A stretch of 64,000 nucleotides of DNA, from positions 62,001-126,000 of the forward strand of contig NIVC01000103.1 in assembly GCA_002269645.1 (NCBI GenBank), given 5' to 3'. How positions within the stretch are numbered: position 1 is the stretch's first letter; every line of letters starts with the position of its first letter. A program made the translations under genes and the position numbers. Below the pieces are notes generated by a model that saw only the letters and a list, made by a program, of their open reading frames with translations, ran no database searches and had not been told where the DNA came from. This DNA is from Macrostomum lignano. Taxonomy: Eukaryota. This document shows, in pieces, positions 10,561 to 22,390 of the stretch.

Positions 10561-13247
10561 ATCGATGCTGTCTGTGCATTCGGCTTAGCGGGCACCAGTC
10601 GAGATAGCGCATCCGACAGCATTAGCTTTGATGGTCGATACTGTATGTCATAGTCATAAGCAGCTAGCATGATTGCCCATCGTTGTAGTCGAGCTGAAAC
10701 TCTGGTGGGCAGCTGTTTGTCTGGCGCGAATATGTATGTGAGGGGCCGGTGATCAGTTATCAGTGTGAACCTCCGGCCATACAAGAACCGATGGCATCTT
10801 TGAATGCACCAAACCAGTGCCAGGCCTTCACGCTCTATTTGCGAATATTTTGTTTCGGCGTCAGACAGAGTCTTGCTCATGTACAGCACGACTTGACCGC
10901 TTTGTGTCAACACTCCGCCCAGAGCTCGCTGAGAACTGTCGCATTCCAGTTCAATGGGCTTCTCCGGATCAAATATTTGAAGGCTCGATTGATCAGAGAG
11001 AGTGACCTTGATTTCGTCAAATGCTATTTGACACTCCTTTGTCCACACGAAGTCCTCATTTTTCTTTCTTAGTCGATTGAGAGGCTTGGTCAGTGCAGCT
11101 AGGTTTCTGATGAACTTGCCGCTAAAATTTACGAGACCCAGGAAAGATTCAAGCTCGCCAACGTTCTGCGGTGGTGTCATGTCCTGGATTGCCTTCACTT
11201 TGGCTGGGTCCAGCTTGAGCTGATCTCCTTCCAATAAGTAGCCTAGAAACTTGATCGAAGTCTTGCGGAATTCACTTTTCGCCGTGTTGATCTTCAATCC
11301 TTGCTGGTTTAGTCGATGCAATACTTCCGTCTCACGAACTGCCAATTGTTCTACGCCTTTGCCGCATATCAATATGTCGTCTACGTAGGCAATGACGCCA
11401 GGAATTCCTTGTAGGACTTGGCTAATGTACCGCTGGAAGATCGCAGGTGCTGTTTTCACTCCGAACGGAAGCTTGTTGAAAGCGAACATCCCAAATGGTG
11501 TTGACATTACTGTCAGCTCTTTGGAAGCTTCATCTAGTGGGATCTGGTGATAAGCTTTCTCTAGGTCCAGACGAGTGAATATCCGGCTGCCAGCAGCAGT
11601 TGCAATCACTTCGTCAGGTGCAGGCATCGGATATGAATCGTTGATAAGATGAGAATTGATTGTCACCTTGTAGTCGACGCAAAGTCTGAGCTTTCCAGAA
11701 GGTTTCTTGACCACGACAATTGGTGAGGCCCATTCACTGAACTTGACGGGCTTGATGGTGTCTTCTTCAAGCAACCGATCGATTTCATCCTTGACTCCCT
11801 GTCTGAGTGCGAAGGGTAGCGGCCTGGGTTTGCAATGAATTGGAGTGGTTCCTTCCTTGATCTTAAGAGTTACTGGTGGAAATTCGCATGACTGGGTTGC
11901 CGATGTGCAGCTGTTGTCTACAGCGTTTAGCGTGAAATTGAGCTTGTCTCGGCCAACCAGAACAAAGTTCCTCTGCGATTCCACAATGAAGAATGTGATT
12001 GGAATGAACTCGTCATTGTACTCCAACTCAGTGTCGTGTGTTTCAAAGACCTTCATCTGCGTATCAGCGTATGTTGTCAGAACAGTGTCTGTAGGTGTCA
12101 GCTTTGGACAACCCAATCGTTTCCAGATCGTTTTTGACATTACCGAAACTCCTGCCCCAGTATCGATTTGTGCGTTCACGCTAAGCATCGACCCGCTCGT
12201 GTGTCTGAGCCTAACAGGCACGGTGTAGCTATCAACGGGATGTCGAATGTGAAAACAATCCTCCTGTTCAGCTTCGCTTGCATCTACAAAGCTTGTGGTC
12301 CTTGGCCACACTGCAGCTCGCCTAAATTGACCAGATGCTGACGGGATTTTGAACGATTTTCGGCCTTTGCCAAAACCAGTTGATTTCGTTTTGCAAACTG
12401 TTGCGAAGTGGTTTTGCATGCCACATTTGTTGCACGTTTTTCCTTTCGCAGGACACCCTCCATTGGAGCCATGCATAGTGCCACATCTGCCACACTTGGA
12501 GCTTGTAGAGTGGGAGCCTCTGGCCACCGATGCTGAAATTTTCATTACTTCAGAAGACTGCGGCTGACTGGTGCAACCCTTTAGTATTTGCGTTTGTGAT
12601 AGGTTCTGGTGCGCCTCAGCGATGTTGATAGCTGTCTCAAACGTGAGAGTGCTGAAGTCCTGTTCCAATAACTTGCTGATGGCCACCTTGTCATTCAAAC
12701 CGAATACGAGCTGATCTCTCAGTCTCTCATCTCTGGATAGGCCAAACTGACACTTGTCTGCCTGCATGCAGAGTTGCTGTGCATACTCACGAATGCTCAT
12801 TGATGCCGTGCGAGTGATATGCTGGAAATTGAATCTCTCAGCCATGACGAACGTCTTTGGTTCCAGGATGCTGGCCAGTAGTTTGGTCAGTTCATCGAAG
12901 CTCTTTTCTCCCGGCTTCTTGGGAGCGGCTCGATCTGCCAATGCGTCGTACAGCTTGGTGCTGAGCTTCATCAGCAGCAGCTTGTTTTTCGTGTCGTCCT
13001 GCCAGCCGTTGAGTTCGCTGCACAGTGTGAATCGGTCCAACCACCTCTGGAAGTTCGAACTTTCATCGAGTTTTTCGATGTCAACTTGCTGTCCTCTCGA
13101 TACTTGTGCGCTTGGGTTCTGCGCTGTCGCTGTTGCCGACTTTGTCGCTTGGACTGATTTCGACGAGATCGCAAGCGGTGGTGCTTTGTCGCTCGAAACC
13201 GTTTTACCAACTCCTTTAGTTGGCGATGCTGGCGTACTTCCAGGCAT
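10557..13247 (-). CDS. Gag-Pol: Gag with two Zn-knuckle-like motifs, aspartic protease (DTGA), RT (YVDD), RNase H
   Basis: ORF track shows CGRC..H..C, CNKCGMQNHFATVC, DTGAGVS, LDLEKAYHQI, YVDD, CDSSQRALG and TDHRPL. Confidence 0.95.
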   Translation of the reverse strand: MPGSTPASPTKGVGKTVSSDKAPPLAISSKSVQATKSATATAQNPSAQVSRGQQVDIEKLDESSNFQRWLDRFTLCSELNGWQDDTKNKLLLMKLSTKLYDALADRAAPKKPGEKSFDELTKLLASILEPKTFVMAERFNFQHITRTASMSIREYAQQLCMQADKCQFGLSRDERLRDQLVFGLNDKVAISKLLEQDFSTLTFETAINIAEAHQNLSQTQILKGCTSQPQSSEVMKISASVARGSHSTSSKCGRCGTMHGSNGGCPAKGKTCNKCGMQNHFATVCKTKSTGFGKGRKSFKIPSASGQFRRAAVWPRTTSFVDASEAEQEDCFHIRHPVDSYTVPVRLRHTSGSMLSVNAQIDTGAGVSVMSKTIWKRLGCPKLTPTDTVLTTYADTQMKVFETHDTELEYNDEFIPITFFIVESQRNFVLVGRDKLNFTLNAVDNSCTSATQSCEFPPVTLKIKEGTTPIHCKPRPLPFALRQGVKDEIDRLLEEDTIKPVKFSEWASPIVVVKKPSGKLRLCVDYKVTINSHLINDSYPMPAPDEVIATAAGSRIFTRLDLEKAYHQIPLDEASKELTVMSTPFGMFAFNKLPFGVKTAPAIFQRYISQVLQGIPGVIAYVDDILICGKGVEQLAVRETEVLHRLNQQGLKINTAKSEFRKTSIKFLGYLLEGDQLKLDPAKVKAIQDMTPPQNVGELESFLGLVNFSGKFIRNLAALTKPLNRLRKKNEDFVWTKECQIAFDEIKVTLSDQSSLQIFDPEKPIELECDSSQRALGGVLTQSGQVVLYMSKTLSDAETKYSQIEREGLALVWCIQRCHRFLYGRRFTLITDHRPLTYIFAPDKQLPTRVSARLQRWAIMLAAYDYDIQYRPSKLMLSDALSRLVPAKPNAQTASI

Positions 13248-13504
13248 TTTCGTAGCCTATTCTTGCCGACGCCACTGTTGTGCTTTTGGCTTTAGCCTTA
13301 AGCAATTGTCAGTCTAGCGGTCTGTTGACCTCTGACGCGTCTATTCTTTATTTCATAACTCAATAGCATGGTTCAATTCATCAACGCAGTCGCATAACAA
13401 AAATGTCTATGGCAAAGCCATCAACCCACAACACTATTCTTGAACAGTGGCTTTCGGAACCCCGGCGCTAGACCTAGACCATGGCGCTAGACTGCAGCTA
13501 CACC

Positions 13505-14240
13505 TAAAGCTACCACCCCTGAAGCTAAATCTGAAGCTACCCCTGAGGCTAAACCTGAAGCTAAACCTGAAGCTACCCCTGAAGCTAAACCTAAAGCTAA
13601 ACCTAAAGCTAAACTTAAAGCTAAACCTGAAGCTAAACCTGAAGCTACCTCTGAGGCTAAACCTGAAGCTAAACCTGGAGCTACCCCTGAAGCTAAACCT
13701 AGTTTTAGCTAAGCTAAAACTAAACTTGAAGCTAAACCTGAAACTAAACCTGAAGCTAAACCTGGAGCTAAACCTGAAGCTACCCCTGAGGCTAAACCTA
13801 AAGCTTAACCTGAAGCTACCCCTGAAGCTAAACCTAAAGCTAAACCTAAAGCTAAACCTGAAGCTAAATCTGAAGCTAAACCTAAAGCTAAATCTGAAGC
13901 TAAACCTAAAGCTAAATCTGAAGCTAAACCTAAAGCTAAATCTGAAGCTAAACCTAAAGCTAAATCTGAAGCTAAACCTAAAGCTAAATCTGAAGCTAAA
14001 CCTAAAGCTAAATCTGAAGCTAAACCTAAAGCTAAATCTGAAGCTAAACCTAAAGCTAACTCTGAAGCTAAACCTAAAGCTAAATCTGAAGCTAAACCTA
14101 AAGCTAAATCTGAAGCTAAACCTAAAGCTAAACCTAAAGCTAAATCTGAAGCTAAACCTAAAGCTAAACCTAAAGCTAAATCTGAAGCTAAACCTAAAGC
14201 TAAACCTAAAGCTAAATCTGAAGCTAAACCTAAAGCTAAC
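13505..14240. repeat. Minisatellite, 12-bp unit (GCTAAACCTGAA), in CORO7 intron 1
   Basis: Tandem array read directly from the sequence. Confidence 0.92.
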
Positions 14241-14373
14241 CCTTATAGTTAACGCTCGAACTTTTCTAGAGCACAGCTTAAAATTATGTACTACTCACCT
14301 GCTGTAAGTAGACTAAATCGAATTTGACAAGCGCAATCGTGAACATTTTGATTAATTATCGTCTTTTTAAAAG

Positions 14374-15080
14374 GCCAGCTGTCCGACCTGCAGCTGAGCC
14401 CGTTCAGCGCCGCCGACGACGATTCAGCACTGGCAGCGGCAGCCACAGCCGATGGCCGCCTCGCCCTGCTGTCCGTGTCTTCGCCGAAGCCCGACTCCTC
14501 CGCGGCTGCTGTGGAGCTGCGCCAACTCATCGATGCCGGCTCGCTGCCGATCAGCCGGCTGCAATTCTCGCCTTCAGCTGGTCACCTTCTGGCCGCCTGT
14601 GGCGCCTCCTCGCCTAGGCTGAGCCTCATCGATGTGGAAGCTGGAAAGTCCGTGTTGGACATTGCGGATGTCGGCATTGGCGAGCTGCATTCGGTCGCTT
14701 GGACTTCGGACAGTGGCCAGTTGGCCGTGTCGTCCGGCGCCGCTGTCCGGCTGTGGGATCCGCGAGTGGCGCCGGCATCGTCAGCATCTGGCGCCAGTTG
14801 GAAAGCGCCAGGCATGTCAGCCGAGCAGCCGAGTCTGGCGCGCTGCCTGCAGAGACCCGGTGGCGGCGGGGGAGGCGGCGGGTCGCCTTTGATCGCTCTG
14901 AGCGGCTTCGACTCTTCGGGTAGGGAGCGCCGGCTCGGCCTGTTTGATCCGCGAACTGCCGGGGTCGCCGCCGGGCCGGCGCTTGCCAGCGAATCGCTCG
15001 GCAGGGCGGGACGGCGAGCCGGCGAGCCGGCGAAGCTGCTGGCGGACTGGCACACCGGCATGCTGTTCTGGGCTGCCCCG
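14374..15080 (+). CDS. CORO7: Coronin-7 exon 2 (WD40 propeller 1)
   Basis: Acceptor aaaag| at 14373. QLSDLQLSPF...ATADG, VAWTSDSGQLAV, VRLWDPR, DWHTGMLF. Donor gtaagc at 15081. Confidence 0.88.
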
Positions 15081-15123
15081 GTAAGCGGGGTCTGGTGGAG
15101 GCGAGGGGAGATGGAGGGGGAGG

Positions 15124-15595
15124 GTAGATTTAGGGTAGATGGATGTGGTAGATTTAGGGTAGATGGATGTGGTAGATTTAGGGTAGATGGATGTGGTAGA
15201 TTTAGGGTAGATGGATGTGGTAGATTTAGGGTAGATGGATGTGGTAGATTTAGGGTAGATGGATGTGGTAGATTTAGGGTAGATGGATGTGGTAGATTTA
15301 GGGTAGATTGATGTGGTAGATTTAGGGTAGATGGATGTGGTAGATTTAGGGTAGATGGATGTGGTAGATTTAGGGTAGATTGATGTGGTAGATTTTAGGT
15401 AGATGGATGTGGTAGATTTAGGGTAGATGGATGTGGTAGATTTAGGGTAGATGGATGTGGTAGATTTAGGGTAGATGGATGTGGTAGATTTAAGGTAGAT
15501 GGATGTGGTAGATTTAAGGTAGATGGATGTGGTAGATTTAAGGTAGATGGATGTGGTAGATTTAGGGTAGATGGATGTGGTAGATTTAGGGTAGT
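15124..15595. repeat. Minisatellite, 24-bp unit (GTAGATTTAGGGTAGATGGATGTG), in CORO7 intron 2
   Basis: Tandem array read directly from the sequence. Confidence 0.92.
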
Positions 15596-15905
15596 TGGAG
15601 GGAGAGGGTAGATGTAAGATAGATAAGGTGATAGATTTGGGTAAATTGAGGGGGTAAGTGTAGGTAGATAGAGGAGGGTGGATAGAGCGGAAGGGTAGAA
15701 GTAGGTAGATTTAGGGTAGATGGAGGGCGTATATAATGAGGGTATGGGGAGTAGCTTATAGCGGCAGGTTAGAGTAGTTAAAAATATTTGGATGTAGATA
15801 TGATGATGCGTCGAAGTGTCATGTCAAGAAGTTGATCTGTTTCAGATTCTCACATTACACATGCAGTTGACAATCTCATTAGCACATTCACTCGCAATTA
15901 TTTAG

Positions 15906-15969
15906 GGCGACGAGTCTGTGACATTCGCCGAACTGGAGGGTCCAGATGATCGGCCGACTTTTGTCATTC
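15906..15969 (+). CDS. CORO7: Coronin-7 exon 3
   Basis: tttag|GGC GAC GAG (GDESVTFAEL, compare KGDGNIRYYE). Donor C|gtaag. Phases fit. Confidence 0.8.
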
Positions 15970-16051
15970 GTAAGTTTCTTGGAAATTGCTTGCGTACTCT
16001 ATGCAATGACCTCTGGGTGCATTCAGTCTCTCATTCTATCGTGTGTTTCAG

Positions 16052-16200
16052 GCGATCGGTTCCTGCTGCCCGATGAGCAGGTGCTCGACCTGGCCCTAGT
16101 CGATAAATTTAGCCTAGACGTTGGCCGCTGCGAAGTAAATCGTGTTGCCATGGTCACTAATAAGTCTGTTCGTCTGGTCAGCTATCGTGTGCCAAGAAAG
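16052..16200 (+). CDS. CORO7: Coronin-7 exon 4
   Basis: Encodes LDVGRCEVNRV...VSYRVPRK, the coronin CEV..VPRK motif. AG/GT boundaries present. Confidence 0.88.
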
Positions 16201-16282
16201 GTGCGCATTGTCTTTTTATCTTAGCATTGCTAATAGAGAGGCTGGAATGAGTGACGACTTTATCCTGAATTCTCCCCTACAG

Positions 16283-17000
16283 ACCGTGTCCAGTTTCCAC
16301 GCGGACCTGTTTCCGGACTGTCCGGGCCGGCAGCCGGCCATGCGTCCGGAAGATTGGCTGACCGGCCGGACGGCCGAGGCACCGTTGGAGTCGCTGGATC
16401 CGGCCAAGAAAATCTCCGAGAATTATATTGCCATCCAGACTACTGCTGACAGTAGTAAAAAAGAGGAACATACGGAAATAATTGGAAGCGACGGATCCGC
16501 AGTGATTACCTCATCAATGACGTCATCATCGTCGGCTGTGACGTCATCGCCTCACGTGGGCTCTCTGAGCGGTTCGGAGCGCGCTACAAAATTGCGCAAC
16601 GTCGCCACCGCTATCGGCCAGAGGAGCACCTGGCTGACCGAGCTGCGCCAGCTGATGAAGCTGGACCTGCCGCCGGAGGCTGAGACGCTGGCCGCCAACG
16701 ATCGCTGGGTGGCGCTGCCGGTGACCGGGCCGGGCGGCCGGGTCCTCGTCCTGCCAGTCAGGCTGGCGGCCGCCGGCGGTCGAATCGACTCGTTGCCCGG
16801 CCGTCGGCTGCTTCGACACGAAGGCGCTGGCGTCACCGCGGTCGCTTTTGAACCGTTCGACGCTGGCAGCGACGTCGGCGACCGACTGGCCGTGGCGCTC
16901 GACACCGGCGCCGTGTGCGTGTGGCGCCTGGACAGCGCCGAGGCTGTGAACGAAGGCGAAGTCGACTGGAGCGCCGGAGATGAAGCGGAAGGGGATGCTG
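16283..17000 (+). CDS. CORO7: Coronin-7 exon 5 (linker and start of propeller 2)
   Basis: FHADLFPD..EDWLTG..SLDP, then VAFEPFD..RLAVALDTGAVCVWRL. Donor G|gttagt. Confidence 0.86.
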
Positions 17001-17512
17001 GTTAGTAGGTTTATTAGTAATTAGTTATTAGTTTACCGAGGTATAGTCAGATATTTTACAAGCTTCCTAAATATACATTATTTGCAACAAGAATACATTC
17101 CAAGAACCTATATATTATAGTGTTTAAATGACGTCGTAGTAGTCTAATTTTTATAGTAAGTTGACAATTTTTATAGTAAGTTGACAATTATCTCCTCATG
17201 TTACGAAGTTAATAATGCCTTGACGTTTTGACTTTCAAGGTCGGAAGAATAGATTTTTGTTTATAACAAGTATCCAATTCTAGCTACTTACGTCACGGCT
17301 ATTCTAATTTTAGCTAGTGACGTAACTGCAAATCTATTTTTAGCTACTGAAGTCACTGTTAATCTATTTTTAGCTACTGACGTCACAGCTAATCTATTTT
17401 TAGCTACTGACGTCACTGTTAATCTATTTTTCTGTTTTTAACTACTGACGTCATTGTGACATCAGTTCTAGTGACGGCATATTATAAAAAGCATCTCCCA
17501 TCGTTTCTTCAG

Positions 17513-17976
17513 CCGCCTCTGATCGTCATCAGCGACTCCGCGGTCACTCCGTCCGCGCCCTCCTTCTAGCCTGGAATCCGCGCGCCTCCGACCTTCTGGC
17601 CAGCGTAGCCGCCGACGGCGAAGTCCGACTGTGGAATCTCGCCGACGCTTCCGCTGCCGCTGTCGTGTCCGCGGCTCCGTCGCCAGCGGTGGCCGTCTGC
17701 TGGACCCAGTGCGGCCGGCAACTGCTGCTCCTTGGCCGAGACGGACGGCTGCACGCGTTGTCCCGCGACTCTGGCACTGTGGTCTGGAGTTCGAGTCCCA
17801 ATGTTGTTGCTGGCTTGAAGCAGCCGCTGCGGGCCGGCCGCCTCGCCTCCGTGCTGGGCGGCCGAGCGGCTTTGGTCAGCGGCTTCGCTGCCAGCAATGC
17901 GGCCGCGAGGCGACTGGCCCTGGTGCGGCTGGACGGCCTTGGCGACGGCGACAGCGAGGGCGAGCCGTGGAAACAG
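17513..17976 (+). CDS. CORO7: Coronin-7 exon 6
   Basis: RGHS..AWNPRASDLLASVAADGEVRLWNL (WD40 repeat). Donor cag|gtgggt. Confidence 0.87.
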
Positions 17977-18343
17977 GTGGGTGTCCTAATAGACATTTTT
18001 AAGTTTCCTTTATTTTACTGCTAAAGGCGACATTCTGCGCATTAATGCTGTACACAGGCACGCACTCACACACACGCTCACACGGGGTGTACAGCGATGA
18101 GAGAGTCAGGGCCGCTGTGCACCCTGTGTGAGCGCGTGCTCAGGGGCAGCGGAATAGACACAGCTGCTTGCCTACTCGCTCTCTGCGGGTCGAACCGTCG
18201 CTTTGATTTTGCGGCAGCTCCCAAGCCCTCTTCTCTGACTTAACTGGCTTTATTGTTTATTATATAGGTAGCTATGACGTCATCATCTAAATATAGCTTC
18301 CGTCATGATGTCATCTGCGATATAATCTGCTCCGCTCCCGCAG

Positions 18344-18664
18344 GTCGGCGAATGCGCCGACTTCACTGACGGCGGCACAGCGCCGCTCAGCCTGTCCGCT
18401 GATCCGGATTTGCACCTGGTAACCTATTGGTCGCGTGGAGATCGAACCCTGGCCCATCTGACCGTCGGCTGGGACTGCGGAGTGGTGCCCCTGCTCGGCT
18501 CCGAGCACCGCGACTCCCGCGTCCTCGTGGCCGCCGCCTGGCTCACCAAGCGCACCGTTGATGCCGCCAGCGTGGAGGTGGCGCGGGGGTTCCGGCTCAC
18601 TGCCGAGGGCACCCTGGAGACGGTCAGCGTTGCCGTGCCGCGGGTCATCGATCAGCTGTTCCAG
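18344..18664 (+). CDS. CORO7: Coronin-7 exon 7
   Basis: DPDLHLVTYWSRGDR...ETVSVAVPRVIDQLFQ. AG/GT boundaries, phase 0. Confidence 0.87.
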
Positions 18665-18679
18665 GTGAGGCTTTCAGGT

Positions 18680-19150
18680 CGTGACCTTTAACTTCTTTGT
18701 TCGTCACCTTATCTTTTCAGGTCGTGACCTTAGCTTTTCGGGTCGTGACCTTAGATTTTCGGGTCGTGACCTTAGCTTTTCGGGTCGTGACCTTAGCTTT
18801 TCGGGTCGTGTCCTTAGCTTTTCGAGTCGTGACCTTAGCTTTTCGGGTCGGGACCTTAGCTTTTCGGGTCGTGACCTTAGCTTTTCGGGTCGTGACCTTA
18901 GCTTTTCGGGTCGTGACCTTAGATTTTCGTGTCGTGACCTTAACTTTTCGAGTCGTGACCTTAGCTTTTCGGGTCGTGACCTTAGCTTTTCGGGTCGTGA
19001 TCTTAGATTTTCGTGTCGTGACCTTAACTTTTCGAGTCGTGACCTTAGCTTTTCGGGTCGTGACCTTAGCTTTTCGGGTCGTGATCTTAGATTTTCGTGT
19101 CGTGACCTTAACTTTTCGAGTCGTGACCTTAGCCTCTTTGGATCGTGACC
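18680..19150. repeat. Minisatellite, 21-bp unit (CGGGTCGTGACCTTAGCTTTT), in CORO7 intron 7
   Basis: Tandem array read directly from the sequence. Confidence 0.92.
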
Positions 19151-19219
19151 ACCTTAACTCCTCTGATCGTGAACTTTCACATAAAAAGTTAACACGCTTT
19201 TGTCAAACTCGAATTGCAG

Positions 19220-19600
19220 GACGACTTACTGGGACGCTGCTCAGTTACTTGGCAGCCGAGTCTGTCAGCTGCCAACTGGCTGTCCGGCAGCGACCCCAGT
19301 CCGCTGCTGTGGCCTTCGGTCTCTCTGCAGCCGGAGGGCATGCCAAGCGTCACCCAGGTCGCCTCCGATCCGCAGCTTCAGTTGCAGTTCTCGCAGAAGC
19401 AGCAGCCGGCGAAACAGCAGAAGCAGCAACAGCAGGCTGCTAAAGTTCGCCAAGTTGACGCCCTGGACTTGGAGCAGCAACAGCAGCAGAAAGAGACGGA
19501 GCTGGTCACCGCCATGCTGGCCACCGTGCAAGCCGACGCGGGGCCGCTGCCGCAGGACCTCATGGAGGGCGCCGATTCGGACGAGTGGAGCGACGACTAA
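19220..19600 (+). CDS. CORO7: Coronin-7 exon 8 with acidic C-terminal DEW motif
   Basis: Ends PLPQDLMEGADSDEWSDD*, matching the CORO7/POD-1 PLPQD..EGVDEDEW tail. Confidence 0.92.
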   Translation, partial: DDLLGRCSVTWQPSLSAANWLSGSDPSPLLWPSVSLQPEGMPSVTQVASDPQLQLQFSQKQQPAKQQKQQQQAAKVRQVDALDLEQQQQQKETELVTAMLATVQADAGPLPQDLMEGADSDEWSDD

Positions 19601-19734
19601 AATTGCAACGGATTAAAGTGGCTAAGAGTGACTAGAATAGTGTGACTGGATGTTTGGAATTCTAACTCATATTTACACTGGAGTGACTTGGGTCAAAATG
19701 ATGTGACTATTTTGCTAATAAAGTGACATTAAAG

Positions 19735-20235
19735 TACTGGAGTGAGTAGAGTGCTACTGGAGTGAGTAAAGTGCTACTGGAGTGAGTAGAGTGCTAATGA
19801 AGCGACTGGAGTGCTACTGGAGTGAGTAGAGTGCTACTGGAGTGACTAGAGTGCTACTAGAGTGACTAGAGTGCTACTAGAGTGACTAGAGTGCTACTGG
19901 AGTGACTAGAGTGCTACTAGAGTGACTAGAGTGCTACTGGAGTGACTAGAGTGCTAATGAAGCGACTGGAGTGCTACTGGAGTGAGTAGAGTGCTACTGG
20001 AGTGACTAGAGACTAGAGTGCTACTGGAGTGACTAGAGTGCTACTGGAGTGACTAAAGTGCTACTAGAGTGACTAGAATACTGCTGGAGTGACGATAGTG
20101 CTAATGAAGCGACTGGAGTGCTACTGGAGTGACTAGAGTGCTACTGGAGTGACTAGAGTGCTACTGGAGTGACTAAAGTGCTACTGGAGTGACTAGAGTG
20201 CTAATGGAGTTACTTGAGCACTAATGGAGTGACTA
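19735..20235. repeat. Minisatellite, 20-bp unit (GAGTGACTAGAGTGCTACTG)
   Basis: Tandem array read directly from the sequence. Confidence 0.9.
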
Positions 20236-21699
20236 GGGCGGGTCAGAGTAGTGACTTGAATGCAAATTAAATAAATCCATATACTTTGGAGCTAAATGTC
20301 TTGATTCTGAATAATTCCACAAGATAGAACTGGTGCTATTATGGATTTAATATTTTCTTGCATGTTCTGCTGCCATATTCCTGATTTGCTAAAACTATCA
20401 GCTAAATCTCTAGATTTTTATTCGGCACATTTTGATAAGTTAGCTTTGAATACATTTGTCTACTTTTGTGCTATTCGAAATATTTTAATCAATGGCTTAA
20501 TTGTAAATTTTATTTTAATTAGGCAAAAACGATTGTATCGTCATTAACGAATTTCGTATTTTTTCACACTTCTAAACTTCTGTCAATATATACACGGAAT
20601 TAACTCCACAGAGCGACTCTGAAATTTTAATCACTGTGCGTGTTTACTGCTAAATCATTGGCCGAATACACTTCTCTACCATCTGACACGTGTGACTTTC
20701 TCTTCCTCTCCTCTCCCCTCAATCTACTTCCCTATCTCCTCTCCTCTCCCCTCAATCTGTTTCCGTTGTTTGCCTGTTTCTATACTTGCCGATATGTGTA
20801 AGCTGCATATAGAATCATGCATAAATATATCAGAACATTATTTATATCCATAAGCAAAATAACGTATTAAGCATTACATTTAAGTTACATTGTTGTTGTG
20901 CTTTTTAAAATGCTAGTACGGATCACGTGATTTATCTGGCGAACTGCTATTGTGGCACGTAAACAAACTGGTTTGCGAACTTCATTCGTACTTCCACTCC
21001 TGCCATAAATTTGTACGTTAAAAAGCCCGATAAACTCGACATTACCCGTGGAAATTCCATGGAAAATCCACGGAAAAACCGTGGAATTTGCAATCCGAGG
21101 ACTGCTGCTATGTAAACTCGGCATCACCCGTGGAAATTCCGTGGAAAATCCACGGAAAATCTGGAATTTGCAGTTCAGGTACTAATGCTTTGTGTTAAAA
21201 GCATTCGCAGCACTAAGATCATGAAAACTCTTTCCTTGGTCAACTCCTGCTGCTGGGCCACTGTTCTTCATAACTAATTTCAGGTTGGTAAATTCATTTT
21301 TAATTGTATCTACAGGTAGATCTAGTTATGAAAGAATCAATCAAATTGGCTAAATATGCATGGTGCTACGCTAGTACATTAGTTTATACTCTGTACAGTA
21401 CATTAACTTTAATTATGAAATTATAGCTGTATACTCGTAAAATTCCTAGTATGTTTTGTCGAACAAAAACAACATTTAGATCTTACTCGTAATAATGGTA
21501 ACTAAACTTGCAAATTTCCTTAGAAGCATTTTTATGTAGCTTATTATTCATACTATAAAGTTGTCTTAAACCTAGATTATCATTTTAAATTACAGCTCAA
21601 TCTTGATTCCAGACAATGACTGATCTATCGATTCTTATTTACAGTTTACTACATTTAGAAATTAGTATATTGTGATTAGTATGTGGGATTTATTGTGTA

Positions 21700-22390
21700 T
21701 TTCAACTGAAAGTACAAATCAATCAGGACTCTCAACTGAAAGTACAAATCAATCAGGACTCTCAACTGAAAGTACAAATCAATCTGGATTCCCCAGCTGA
21801 AAGTGGAAAATCAATCTGGATTCCCCAGCTGAAAGTGAAAAATCAATCTGGATTCCCAAGCTGAAAGTGGAAAATCTATTTGGATTCCCCAGCTGAAAGT
21901 GGAAAATCAATTTGGATTCCCAAGCTGAAAGTGGAAAACCAATTTGGATTCCCCAGCTGAAAGTGGAAAATCAATTTGGATTCCCCAGCTGAAAGTGGAA
22001 AATCAATCTGGATTCCCCAGCTGAAAGTGGAAAATCAATCTGGATTCCCCAGCTGAAAGTGGAAAATCAATTTGGATTCCCCAACTGAAAGTGGAAAACC
22101 AATTTGGATTCCCCAGCTGAAAGTGGAAAATCAATTTGGATTCCCCAGCTGAAAGTGGAAAAACAATTTGGATTCCCCAACTGAAAGTGGAAAAACAATT
22201 TGGATTCCCCAGCCAAAAGCACAAAAATCAATCTGGATTCCCCAGCCAAAAGCACAAAAATCAATCAGGATTCCCCAGCCGAAAGCACAAAAACCAATCT
22301 GGATTCCCCAGCCAAAAGCACAAAAATCAATCTGGATTCCCCAGCCAAAAGCACAAAAATCAATCAGGATTCCCCAGCCGAAAGTACAAT
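21700..22390. repeat. Minisatellite, 32-bp unit (AATCAATCTGGATTCCCCAGCTGAAAGTGGAA), with a variant subtype in the distal part
   Basis: Tandem array read directly from the sequence. Confidence 0.9.

Larger units (their letters stand above)
9107..13433 (-). mobile_element. Ty3/gypsy LTR retrotransposon, Mag-like, 4327 bp, in CORO7 intron 1
   Basis: 158-bp LTRs at 9107-9264 and 13276-13433 (TG..CA, one mismatch). TSD CTATT at 9102-9106 and 13434-13438. PPT AGAAGAGGGAGGG and a TGG-initiated PBS on the minus strand. Confidence 0.96.

Noticed and set aside
13447-14307. 286-aa (LKLN)n ORF resembling a leucine-rich protein
   Set aside because: It is a 12-bp minisatellite inside CORO7 intron 1.
16440-16570. 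Ser/Thr-rich insert in CORO7
   Set aside because: It matches the expected low-complexity linker between the two coronin-7 propellers.
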